Source: Acidobacteriota bacterium
GTDB taxonomy: Bacteria; Acidobacteriota; UBA890; WLXD01
Reading direction: 5' to 3'
Length of the DNA stretch: 64,000 nt
Assembly (NCBI GenBank): GCA_965248695.1
Contig: CBDFKD010000002.1
Coordinates: 2,592,001 to 2,656,000, forward strand
Each line of letters begins with the position of its first letter. The stretch's first letter is position 1. Made by a program: the position numbers and the translations under genes. The notes below the pieces were generated by a model. The model made no database searches and was not told where the DNA came from. It was given only the letters and a program-made list of their open reading frames with translations. Positions 49,674 through 58,992 of this stretch are shown here, piece after piece.

Positions 49674-50009
49674 TCAGGCAGCCGGCATGATCCTGGCCTT
49701 GAGCTGCATCAGCACGAACCCGACAGCCATACCCTGGACGCCGGTGGCGACGCCATCGAGCGCCGAGTTGACCCAGGAACCGACGACTGGGATGACATCC
49801 AGACTGTCGGAAAAGACGGGGAGTGCCACGGCGACGACATAGATCACCGTGCGTTCGCCAACATCAGCGCTGTCGCCACCCATGACGCCGGCGACCAGAC
49901 CCAGGACTACGAGGGCGAGCCCCATGTAGGGCACGGCTCCTGCAACGGCCGGGACGGTTCCCAGGACCGCGATGACTACGATCAGGGCTATGAGGAGACG
50001 TTCGGACAT
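49674..50009 (-). CDS. Small 4-TM membrane protein of unknown function
   Basis: Hydrophobic helices, LDVIPVVGSWV motif; GAGGA RBS. Confidence 0.7.
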   Translation of the reverse strand: MSERLLIALIVVIAVLGTVPAVAGAVPYMGLALVVLGLVAGVMGGDSADVGERTVIYVVAVALPVFSDSLDVIPVVGSWVNSALDGVATGVQGMAVGFVLMQLKARIMPAA

Positions 50010-50206
50010 CAGATCCTCCTTATCACCCGCGCCACCACGAACAACGCGAAAACGCGGACTTCGAAAGCCACCGGCGTGCTAGGGGGAGCCGGTGACCATG
50101 GGGGCACTGAAGCCGAAGCGGAAGAATTTTGCAACCGTAGCGGGTTTGATCATGGGGCCGCCCATCGCTGACGTCGGCCTCTCGTTCCGACGCTCGTATC
50201 CCGCGA

Positions 50207-52207
50207 TCAGGTCCGTTCGGCCCACGGGTACTGGAACTCCGGCCGAATGACGTCGGTCAGCAGCTCTCCGACAGCGCGGTGCGCCTGATCGAAGGCCGCT
50301 TGTGTCAGGCAGACCGCGGCTGCGTCGGAGTTGGCAACGGTGATGCGCCCGAACCGCTGGCGCCCCTTCACCCACGGCGCTTGATCGTACGACCACTCCG
50401 GATCGTAGAGATCGTTCGCTCCCCCGGCATAGCCATGCGGCCAGCGGTTGACGGTGATGGCGGCGATGTCCCGCGCCGAGTCGAAGCCCCCGTCCTCCAG
50501 CACTCGGCTCAACAGCTCTCTGATGTTGCGCTCGTATGTTTCGAACGGGGTCGTCTGCAGCTCCTCCCGGCCCGCCCGGAATTGATCCCGGGCCGTAAGC
50601 CCCGGTGCTATGGGTGAACGGATCAGGCGCAGGAACATCGGCTCGTCCGGCGTTCGGGCGCACTGGTAGTCCCCCAGGCTGACGCCCCAGTCCAGGTCGA
50701 TCGATTCGTAGTAGCTGCCGGGGCAGTGAACGCCCGACACACCGAGCTTGTGGAAAGCCTTCCAGTCGCGCACCACGACATTGCTGTAGACAAAGGGTCG
50801 CCTCACCGCCATGTGCAGTGCTTCTTTCTGCTCGTCAGGCAGCTCCGGGCAGAGATAAGGGATCATCGAGTTGTAACAGGCAAGCACGCAGGTCCCACCG
50901 CGCACACGGTAGGCCTTGTTGTCGCGAACATAGGTCACCTCTACTTCGCTTGCTCTTCGCTTGTCGCCTACGTGCCGCGCGCCCACGACGGCGCTGCTGA
51001 GGCGAATGCGTACATCACTTCCGGACTCGTCCAGCGCCGCGTAGCGAACCGGGGTGGCGACCGAGTCCTCCATGGTGTGCCCCGGCAACGCTTTCGGAAT
51101 CAGCCAGCGGACGATGAGTCGCGCAACGCCGGCGTTACCGTCGGGGAAGTGGATGCCCTCCAACGAGTTCTCCTCGTCACCCAGCCAGTTTCTGTCAGGC
51201 CGCTCGATCCCGAGACCGCCGAGTCCGGGAAACAAGCCGGAGCGCAGCGCTCCCCAGGCGCTGTAGGAATCGATACCGGCTGCACCGTTCGGGTCGCCGC
51301 GCCGGAGGAAATAGGGAATAACACCCGGGTCTACCTCCGCGACCTCGAGGAGATAGTCCTGGTAGCTGATCTCGCGCAGCCGCTCGATCTTCTCTTCCTT
51401 GGTCAACCCCGGAAGATAGTCGTGTGCGTCCTCGTGCAGCCTGACGATATCCTGTTGTACCCCTTCCGAAAGAGGGGTCTTGGCGAGGAACTCCGTCCAC
51501 GGCTGCATGCTGGCGTCAGCGCCGATGTAGCTGATCTCGCTGCTCGGCTCACCGACGGCGAGTCGATCGACGCCGAACGTCTCCTCGTCGAAGAAGACGC
51601 CCCGTTGCAGGCCCATCCTGCCGTAGAGGCCGCGATCGAAGTCCGGCAGCTGGCGGAAACGCTCGACGCTCAGCCCGATGTCGTCGAGCAACGCCTTGCC
51701 CTCTGGCGGGTAGGCCCCGGTGATATAGACCGCGCCGCCGTGACCGATCACCTGCCGGTCGCCGACCCTGAACTCGTTTCGCTTGGCGTGTCCCCCGAAG
51801 TCGTCGTGGTTGTCCAGAACCAGGACCTTCGACTCCGGCAAGGCCTTGCGAAAGTAGTACGCCGCCGCCAGCCCGCTGAGCCCGCCACCGACGACGATCA
51901 GATCGTAGAGCTCGCCGGTCTCCTCGGGTCGGTCCCAGGTCTTGCCGGTCCGCATCTCATGGGCGACCTCGTAGGAGCCCTCGTGGCTGCCACGCAGCCC
52001 GGTCAACCCCGGCGGGTAGTAGTCGGGCGAGCTCTGTGGCAGCGGCGCCGCCTGGGATCGGCTCTCGTCGACGGCCGCAGAAGCCGTTGCAGCGATTGGA
52101 GTAGCTTCGGACAACAACCCGCCGCCGATCGCCACGCTGGCACCGTTCAAGAAATCGCGCCGTGTAATGTCGCGATCCATCCCCAGCGCTCGATCCGTCT
52201 TCTTCAT
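50207..52207 (-). CDS. spdH: Spermidine dehydrogenase (SpdH)-like Tat flavoprotein
   Basis: LGMDRDITRRDFLNG (Tat), YPPGLTGLRGSH, VGGGLSGL, LDNHDDFGGHAKRNEF, HFPDGNA, NRWPHGY, ANSDA. Confidence 0.8.
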   Translation of the reverse strand: MKKTDRALGMDRDITRRDFLNGASVAIGGGLLSEATPIAATASAAVDESRSQAAPLPQSSPDYYPPGLTGLRGSHEGSYEVAHEMRTGKTWDRPEETGELYDLIVVGGGLSGLAAAYYFRKALPESKVLVLDNHDDFGGHAKRNEFRVGDRQVIGHGGAVYITGAYPPEGKALLDDIGLSVERFRQLPDFDRGLYGRMGLQRGVFFDEETFGVDRLAVGEPSSEISYIGADASMQPWTEFLAKTPLSEGVQQDIVRLHEDAHDYLPGLTKEEKIERLREISYQDYLLEVAEVDPGVIPYFLRRGDPNGAAGIDSYSAWGALRSGLFPGLGGLGIERPDRNWLGDEENSLEGIHFPDGNAGVARLIVRWLIPKALPGHTMEDSVATPVRYAALDESGSDVRIRLSSAVVGARHVGDKRRASEVEVTYVRDNKAYRVRGGTCVLACYNSMIPYLCPELPDEQKEALHMAVRRPFVYSNVVVRDWKAFHKLGVSGVHCPGSYYESIDLDWGVSLGDYQCARTPDEPMFLRLIRSPIAPGLTARDQFRAGREELQTTPFETYERNIRELLSRVLEDGGFDSARDIAAITVNRWPHGYAGGANDLYDPEWSYDQAPWVKGRQRFGRITVANSDAAAVCLTQAAFDQAHRAVGELLTDVIRPEFQYPWAERT

Positions 52208-52219
52208 CGTGCCCCTCCC

Positions 52220-52861
52220 TCAGGAAACGGGTCGGCTGCTCGACTCACCGACTGCCGCTCGGCGGCTGTATTCGAGCGCACGTAGCACATAAGCAGGGTA
52301 GATCCCGGTGCCCATCGAGCCGGAGATCACGTAGCTGTTGCGACCGGAACCCTGCGCCACGAAGGCGATCTCGACTCGGCCGGTAACACTACTGAAGCCC
52401 TTCCCCTCGGCGTGAGCACCGAATGTCATGTATGTCCAGACGAGCCCGCTGCCGGCGCGGATGATGCGCTCGGCATCCGGCAACCCGAGCGTCAGCGCAA
52501 TGCGACCGCGGTCGGACCTCCAGCCGCGGAACCGCGTGTCCCGGTACCTTTTGTTGGCGTGGGCAACGCGTGCGTAGAAAGCGTCCCTAAACGGGTTCCC
52601 CGCAACCCGGAGATCGGCGTCACGCCGGTCCCAGAAACGGGTGATGAAGGCGGCGCGCTGGTCGGTGCTCCCGAGCTCCTTCCACTCATCGTTTTCCTCG
52701 TCGAGGATCAGATACTCCACCGGTCCATCCAGCCAGCTGTCGGGGTCGCCCTCGTATTGCTTCATCGCCTCGGCGGCGTCCGTTGGAAGCTGGCCGAGCG
52801 TCGCCGCCGGCGCCACCGTAGATAGCGCCAGGGTCAGCACGGTCGCGAATAGAACTCTCAT
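52220..52861 (-). CDS. Secreted GWxTD-domain protein
   Basis: Signal peptide, WLDGPVEYLI, FWDRRD, RVAHAN, GWRSDRGRI; AGGAGG RBS. Confidence 0.85.
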   Translation of the reverse strand: MRVLFATVLTLALSTVAPAATLGQLPTDAAEAMKQYEGDPDSWLDGPVEYLILDEENDEWKELGSTDQRAAFITRFWDRRDADLRVAGNPFRDAFYARVAHANKRYRDTRFRGWRSDRGRIALTLGLPDAERIIRAGSGLVWTYMTFGAHAEGKGFSSVTGRVEIAFVAQGSGRNSYVISGSMGTGIYPAYVLRALEYSRRAAVGESSSRPVS

Positions 52862-53107
52862 GTCATCCTCCTGTCGTTGCGCCCGACAAATCGCAAGTGA
52901 ATGATAGGCGATCGGGACTGGGCCGAGGCAAGTGCGCGCCTCCAATACCCGTTCGGTCTGGATCGGCTACGCCATTCAGCTCGCCGGACGGCGTGTGTGG
53001 ACGGTGGTACCCTCGTGCCCCGCCAGTGGGCACGACCAGCCGTCGGAATGCGTGACGATTGGCGCGGCGATGAGACTCGGTGAAGCTGTGCTGCGGGAGG
53101 AGTAGAA

Positions 53108-55237
53108 ATGCGACCCACACCCAGTCGCCGAGTGACGTTCTCGGCAGGCCTGATGGCGGCCTTCGCCCTCCTTCCGCTTACGACAACATCCAGTGCCGCG
53201 CCGCCGGCGACCGGTGCCATCGCCCAGAGCTCGATCTCGCAGCCCACCTACGAGATGGCACTGCGGGAGACGTGGATCCCGATGCCTGACGGTGTGCGGC
53301 TGTCGGCCGACATTTCCATGCCCACCGGAGGCGAGGTCGGCGAGAGATTCCCGGTACTGCTGGAGTACCTCCCGTATCGCAAGAACGAGAGACGCGATCG
53401 GAACCACGCTCTGTACTCCTACTTCGTTCAACGCGGCTACGTCGTGGCCAGGGTCGACATTCGCGGCACCGGCAACAGCGAGGGCCGGACGATCCCCTAC
53501 GAGTACAGCGAGATCGAGCAGGAAGACGGCGACGTGGTGATCGACTGGCTCTCGAAACAGCCTTGTTCGAACGGCAACGTCGGGATGTTCGGCATCTCGT
53601 GGGGCGGCTTCAACGCCATCCATATGGCGATGCGCAACCCGCCGGCGCTCAAGGCAATCGTCAGCGTCGCCGCCACCGACGATCTGTACCAGGACGATGT
53701 GCACTACATCGACGGCATTCCGCGACTTGCCGAGTCGTGGCAGATGAGCCACGACCTCCAACAGGCTCGGCCAGGAGGGCCCGAGTACACCATCGACGAG
53801 GCCTACTTCCGCGACCGCTTCGACGTTGCTCCCTCAATGATGACGTACATCCACCACCAACGGCAGGACGCGTTCTGGGACCGCTCGACATTGTTCGGTC
53901 AGTACGACCGCATCCGTATACCGACGTTCGTGATCGGCGGCTGGTACGACGGTTATCGCGACACCGTGCCGCGCATGCTCGAAAACCTCGAGGCTCCGGT
54001 AAAGGGGATCATCGGACCTTGGTCACACTACTATCCGCACGTCGCGTACCCGTTGCCGCAGATCGAGTGGCGCCGAGAGGCGGTGCGCTGGTTCGACCAT
54101 TGGCTGCGCGACCGTGACACCGGGATCATGGACGAGCCCGCCTTCGCGGTGTACGTGCGCGACTGGCACCCGCCGGGTCCGGTGCTCGTCGAGGCGCCCG
54201 GCAAGTGGCGGTGGGAAGAGGGTTGGCCGATCGAGCGTTCCCGCGACTGGGTCCTGCATGCGCAGCCGAACCATACGTTGGACGAGTCGGTACCGACCGG
54301 CGCGGTGCACCAGATGCGTTACGCACCGAGCGCCGGAATCGAGGCGGGCGGACCGACGATGTACTGGAGCGATGTGGCGCCCGATCAGAAGCCGACCGAT
54401 GCCCACAGCCTGGTGTACGACACGGCACCGTTGGACGAAGACATCGAGATCCTCGGGCTGCCACACGCCTTCCTGAGCGTCTCCGCGTCGGCACGACGAG
54501 CCAATTGGTTCGCGCGCCTCAACGACGTGGCGCCTGACGGCACCGTGACGCTAGTGGCGGGGGCCGGATTCAACGGCACGCATCGGAACTCGTCGCGAGA
54601 TCCGCAGGACGTAGTTCCCGGGGAGGTGTTTCCGCTCGACATCGAGATGCACTTCACTTCGTGGGTGTTTCCCAAAGGGCACCGGATCCGGCTGTCGGTG
54701 AGCAACTCGCAGTGGCCGATGGCCTGGCCAAGCCGCGACACCATGACCACAACGCTCGCAATCGGCGGCGATAGCCCGGCTCGGGTCGTGCTTCCGCTGA
54801 TTCCGTACGAGAACCGGCCGGTGCCACCGTTCGTAGCTCCGGAGCCGGACCCCGTGTACCCGGGCTTCCGCAAGCTCGACACCGGCAACGCGTCCGGCTA
54901 CGGCGAGATCGGTCGCATCGTGTACGACACGGCGACTCACACCACTCGCGTCGAGGCCAGGAACTCCGGCGGCACCGAGTACCCGTGGGGCACCTATCGG
55001 TATCTGGAACAGATCGCCCACGAGGTCAGCGACGACAGCCCCGAGGTGAGCTCGATGACCGGCGATCACACGATCGAGCTCGAGATCGGCGACAACACCT
55101 TGATCTGGGAAGCTGAGCTTTCGTTCCGCAGTGACTACGACAACTTCTACTACAACTACACACGAAGACTGCTGCGTGACGGCGTGCTCATCCGCCAGCG
55201 CAGCTGGGAAGACACCGTCGAGCGGGACTACCAGTAG
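53108..55237 (+). CDS. CocE/NonD-family hydrolase, secreted
   Basis: IPMPDGVRLSAD, EYLPYRK, DIRGTGNSEG, GISWGG, GGWYDGY, IGPWSH. Confidence 0.92.
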   Translation: MRPTPSRRVTFSAGLMAAFALLPLTTTSSAAPPATGAIAQSSISQPTYEMALRETWIPMPDGVRLSADISMPTGGEVGERFPVLLEYLPYRKNERRDRNHALYSYFVQRGYVVARVDIRGTGNSEGRTIPYEYSEIEQEDGDVVIDWLSKQPCSNGNVGMFGISWGGFNAIHMAMRNPPALKAIVSVAATDDLYQDDVHYIDGIPRLAESWQMSHDLQQARPGGPEYTIDEAYFRDRFDVAPSMMTYIHHQRQDAFWDRSTLFGQYDRIRIPTFVIGGWYDGYRDTVPRMLENLEAPVKGIIGPWSHYYPHVAYPLPQIEWRREAVRWFDHWLRDRDTGIMDEPAFAVYVRDWHPPGPVLVEAPGKWRWEEGWPIERSRDWVLHAQPNHTLDESVPTGAVHQMRYAPSAGIEAGGPTMYWSDVAPDQKPTDAHSLVYDTAPLDEDIEILGLPHAFLSVSASARRANWFARLNDVAPDGTVTLVAGAGFNGTHRNSSRDPQDVVPGEVFPLDIEMHFTSWVFPKGHRIRLSVSNSQWPMAWPSRDTMTTTLAIGGDSPARVVLPLIPYENRPVPPFVAPEPDPVYPGFRKLDTGNASGYGEIGRIVYDTATHTTRVEARNSGGTEYPWGTYRYLEQIAHEVSDDSPEVSSMTGDHTIELEIGDNTLIWEAELSFRSDYDNFYYNYTRRLLRDGVLIRQRSWEDTVERDYQ

Positions 55238-55318
55238 GGGACTTGGCGCAGCAGTCGCCGCTGCGTCGAGCCCGACAACCAGTGGGCTGTAACAGATGAA
55301 CAGCGTGAGAGACCCGAG

Positions 55319-57751
55319 ATGAAGGACACCGCTCAGGTCGTCGTGATCGGCGGGGGCGTGGTCGGATGCAGCGTGCTGTATCACCTCACCAAGGCGGGGT
55401 GGACCGATGTCGTCCTGCTGGAACGGCGGGAGCTGACCTCTGGGTCGACCTGGCACGCTGCTGGCGCGTTCCACACTCTGAACGGCGACCCCAACGTCGC
55501 CCGCCTGCAGAAGTACACCATCGAGCTGTATCGCGAGATCGAGGAGGCATCGGGCCAGGACTGCGGTCTGCATCTCACCGGTGGGGTGATGCTGGCCGAC
55601 AACCAGGAGCGACTCGACTGGTTGAAGATGGTCCTCGGGCGCGGCCGATACCTGGGAATGGAGGCCGAGTTCATCTCGATGGCCGAGGCCGAGAGCTTGT
55701 TCCCCATGATGGACCCGTCGCACTTCGTCGGCGCGGTCTACGATCCGCTCGAAGGCCACATCGACACCGTGGGCGTGCCCAAGGCCTACGCGGGGGCCGC
55801 GAAGAAGGCCGGGGCCGAAGTCCATCTCCATACGATGGTCACCGAGCTGGTGCAGCGCCCGGACTCGACCTGGGACGTCGTCACCGAGGCCGGAAACATC
55901 CATGCCGAACACGTCGTCAACGCCGCCGGTCTGTGGGCGCGCGAGCTCGGACGCATGGTGGATCTCGAGCTGCCGGTGCTGGCCATGGAGCATCAATACC
56001 TGGTGACCGATGCTCTGCCCGAGGTGGTGGAGTACAACGCCGCCAACGACGGCCGCGAGCTTGTCGGAGCGCTCGACTTCGGCGGCGAGCTGTACCTGCG
56101 CCAGGAAGGCGAGGGCATGCTGATCGGCACCTACGAGCGCGGCGGCAAGCCCTGGGCGCCGCACGATACGCCCTGGGACTTCGATACCGAGTTGTTGCCG
56201 CCCGATCTGAATCGGATCACCGACTCGCTCAACGTCGGTTTCGCGCACTTTCCGGCCTTCAAGGACGCGCCGATCAAGCAGATCGTCAACGGCCCGTTCA
56301 CCTTCACGCCCGACGGCAACCCACTCGTCGGACCGGTGCGCGATCTGCCCAACTACTGGTTGGCGTGCGGGGTGATGGCCGGATTCAGCCAGGGCGGCGG
56401 CGTCGGCCTGACGCTGGCCAGCTGGATGATCGAAGGCGACCCCGGCACCGACGTCTGGGGTATGGATGCGGCCCGTTTTGGCAGCTGGGCCACAGCCGGC
56501 TACACCGACGCCAAGGTGCGCGAGTTCTACTCGCGCCGATTCAAGATCGCATTCCCCAACGAGGAGCTGCCGGCCGGCCGGCCGCTGCAGACCACGGCCA
56601 TCTACGACGAGCAGACCGCGGCAAATGCCGTTTGGGGTGCGTCCTTCGGGCTCGAGTACCCGCTCTGGTTCCAGCGTCCTGGCCAAGACCCGGTGGAAGA
56701 GATCACCTTCAAACGCTCGAACGCCTTCGACGTCGTCGGCGAGGAGAGTCGAGCGGTTCGCGAGCAGGTGGGCCTTACCGAGATTTCCAACTTCGCCAAG
56801 TACGAGGTCGCCGGCCCCGGCGCGGCAGATTGGCTGTCAGGCCTGCTCACCAATCGAATCCCCGCGCCCGGTCGCCTGGTGCTCAGCCCGATGCTGAACG
56901 AGCGAGGAAAGCTGATCGGCGACTTCACCCTCGCAGCCCTCGATGACGACACCTACTACGTGTTCGGGTCGGGGGTCGCCGAGCAGTACCACATGCGGTG
57001 GTTCGGCCAGCACCTGCCCGACGACGGCAGCGTCCAGCTCCGAGCCGAGGGGCTCGGGCTCGTCGGGCTATCGATCGCCGGCCCGGCATCGCGGGCCGTG
57101 TTGCAGGCCGTCACGTCGACCGACGTGTCGGCCGAGGCCTTCGCGTTCCTCGACTTCCGGCGCATGGAAGTCGCCATGATCCCGGCCATGGTCGGCCGCA
57201 TCACCTACAGCGGCGACCTGGGCTACGAGATCTGGGTCGGGCCGGAGTACCTGCGCCGGCTGTTCCACACTCTCCGGCAGGCCGGTCAGCCGCACGGTCT
57301 ACGGCTGTTCGGCCTTCGTGCCCTGGATTCGTTGCGCCTCGACAAGGGGTTCGGCTCCTGGGGCCGGGAGTTCCGCCCGATCTACGGACCCGACGAGGCC
57401 GGCCTGGGGCTGTTCGTGAAACCCGAGAAGGGAGACTTCGTCGGACGCGACGCGGCGGTCGCCGAGCGCGACGCCGGCCCGGCACGTCGGCTGGTCACCT
57501 TCACGGTCGACGCCGTCGACGCCGACGTGCTCGGTGACGAACCGATCTGGCACGACGACGAGCTCGTCGGCTGGGTCACCTCCGGCGGCTACGCTCACTG
57601 GTCGCAGCAATCAGTCGCCCTTGGCTACGTACCGTCCGGGCTGGCCGAGGCCGGCAACAGCTTCGAGGTCGAGATCCTCGGCGTTCGCCGGAACGCCAAG
57701 CTCCTCGAGGAGCCTCTATTCGACCCGGCCGGCGCCCGCATGCGGGACTGA
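55319..57751 (+). CDS. Dimethylglycine/sarcosine dehydrogenase-like (FAD + GcvT domains)
   Basis: VIGGGVVG, LTSGSTWHAAG, NGPFTFTPDGNP, RITYSGDLGYEI, LDSLRLDKG, VTSGGY. Confidence 0.92.
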   Translation: MKDTAQVVVIGGGVVGCSVLYHLTKAGWTDVVLLERRELTSGSTWHAAGAFHTLNGDPNVARLQKYTIELYREIEEASGQDCGLHLTGGVMLADNQERLDWLKMVLGRGRYLGMEAEFISMAEAESLFPMMDPSHFVGAVYDPLEGHIDTVGVPKAYAGAAKKAGAEVHLHTMVTELVQRPDSTWDVVTEAGNIHAEHVVNAAGLWARELGRMVDLELPVLAMEHQYLVTDALPEVVEYNAANDGRELVGALDFGGELYLRQEGEGMLIGTYERGGKPWAPHDTPWDFDTELLPPDLNRITDSLNVGFAHFPAFKDAPIKQIVNGPFTFTPDGNPLVGPVRDLPNYWLACGVMAGFSQGGGVGLTLASWMIEGDPGTDVWGMDAARFGSWATAGYTDAKVREFYSRRFKIAFPNEELPAGRPLQTTAIYDEQTAANAVWGASFGLEYPLWFQRPGQDPVEEITFKRSNAFDVVGEESRAVREQVGLTEISNFAKYEVAGPGAADWLSGLLTNRIPAPGRLVLSPMLNERGKLIGDFTLAALDDDTYYVFGSGVAEQYHMRWFGQHLPDDGSVQLRAEGLGLVGLSIAGPASRAVLQAVTSTDVSAEAFAFLDFRRMEVAMIPAMVGRITYSGDLGYEIWVGPEYLRRLFHTLRQAGQPHGLRLFGLRALDSLRLDKGFGSWGREFRPIYGPDEAGLGLFVKPEKGDFVGRDAAVAERDAGPARRLVTFTVDAVDADVLGDEPIWHDDELVGWVTSGGYAHWSQQSVALGYVPSGLAEAGNSFEVEILGVRRNAKLLEEPLFDPAGARMRD

Positions 57752-57813
57752 GCTCCGATCCCCGACCGGTATCTCAAGACGCAATCTGGCGCGGACGGAC
57801 CGCTCTCGGGCCG

Positions 57814-58941
57814 CTACTGCAGGAGAAGTGGCTGGCCGACGAGCTTGCTCGGATCGGCGCCCGGCTTGGGCACGAACTTGGCCACCGACTCGCCGTCGAA
57901 GTTGGCGACGTAGACGTTGCCCTCCTGGTCCACGTCCATCTGGTGCGGACGCATCAAGCCACCGGGAAAGCCGCCCGACGTACCTCCGTACGTGCCCCAG
58001 TGATACAGGAGATGGCCGTCCCGGTCGTACTTGATGATCCGGTTGAGGACACGTTCGACCACCCAGACGCTGTTGTTCTCATCGATGAAGACGCCGGCCG
58101 GGCTGACGATGTCCGGCCACTCCTCGATGAACTCGCCGTCCTCCGTGAAGACCTGGAGGCGACTGTTGGCCCGGTCGACGACGTAGACGCGGCGATCCTT
58201 GTCGATCGCCAGGCCGTGGACGGTGTTGAACTGACCAGGACCGGTGCCGTTCTCCCCCCATTCCATGAGGTACTCGCCCCGTTCGTTGTACCGGACGACG
58301 CGGGAGTTCCAGTAGCCGTCCCCGAGCAGGAAGTCGCCGTTGGGGAAAAAGGCCAGCACCGCCGGCTGCCCGTAGTTGTAGGGACCGGGGTTCTTGTTCG
58401 CCCGCGCCTCTTCCTGGGTCTGGGGGATCGGTGAGTCGCCGATCCGCAGCACCAGCTCCTTCCCGTCGTTGGTGAACTTGAGGACCTGCATGAAGGGTCC
58501 CCCACCGCCGCGCTCGACGACCCAGACGTGGCGCTCCGGATCGTAGGGATTCACGTAGATCTGGTGCGGCCAGTTGAGGATCTCGTCCCACTGCGTCCAG
58601 ACCTCGGTGATGTGGCCGTTACGATCGGCGACCACGATGGCGTTCGAGCGCGGCAGCCTCACCTCCCCGGCGTCGTTCATGTCTCCCCACGTCACCGCGA
58701 AGATCCGGTCCGGGTTGTCGGCCGCGACTCCCGACACCTGCCCCCAGTGCCAGGTGTCGTCATGGTTTGGCGCCGGCTTCCACCAATCCGCGACGCCTTC
58801 GTACTCTCCGCTCCGGTCGTCGCCACCCTTCGCCAATGTTGGTCCCGCCGGCGCAGCCTGCTCCTGATCGGCGCAGGCTGGCAGCACCGCCAACCCAGCG
58901 GCGAGGACTAGGGCGATTCCGAAGCGCTCAGATCTCATCAT
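57814..58941 (-). CDS. NHL-repeat (PAL-like) beta-propeller lipoprotein
   Basis: LPAC lipobox, DGYWNSRV, GTGPGQFNTVHGLA, VVDRANSRLQVF, PHQMDVD; alternative start ATG 58983. Confidence 0.8.
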   Translation of the reverse strand: MMRSERFGIALVLAAGLAVLPACADQEQAAPAGPTLAKGGDDRSGEYEGVADWWKPAPNHDDTWHWGQVSGVAADNPDRIFAVTWGDMNDAGEVRLPRSNAIVVADRNGHITEVWTQWDEILNWPHQIYVNPYDPERHVWVVERGGGGPFMQVLKFTNDGKELVLRIGDSPIPQTQEEARANKNPGPYNYGQPAVLAFFPNGDFLLGDGYWNSRVVRYNERGEYLMEWGENGTGPGQFNTVHGLAIDKDRRVYVVDRANSRLQVFTEDGEFIEEWPDIVSPAGVFIDENNSVWVVERVLNRIIKYDRDGHLLYHWGTYGGTSGGFPGGLMRPHQMDVDQEGNVYVANFDGESVAKFVPKPGADPSKLVGQPLLLQ

Positions 58942-58992
58942 TATCTTCCCTCCCGAAAAGGCTTCCATCGCGACGCTCTTCATACGCACTCC

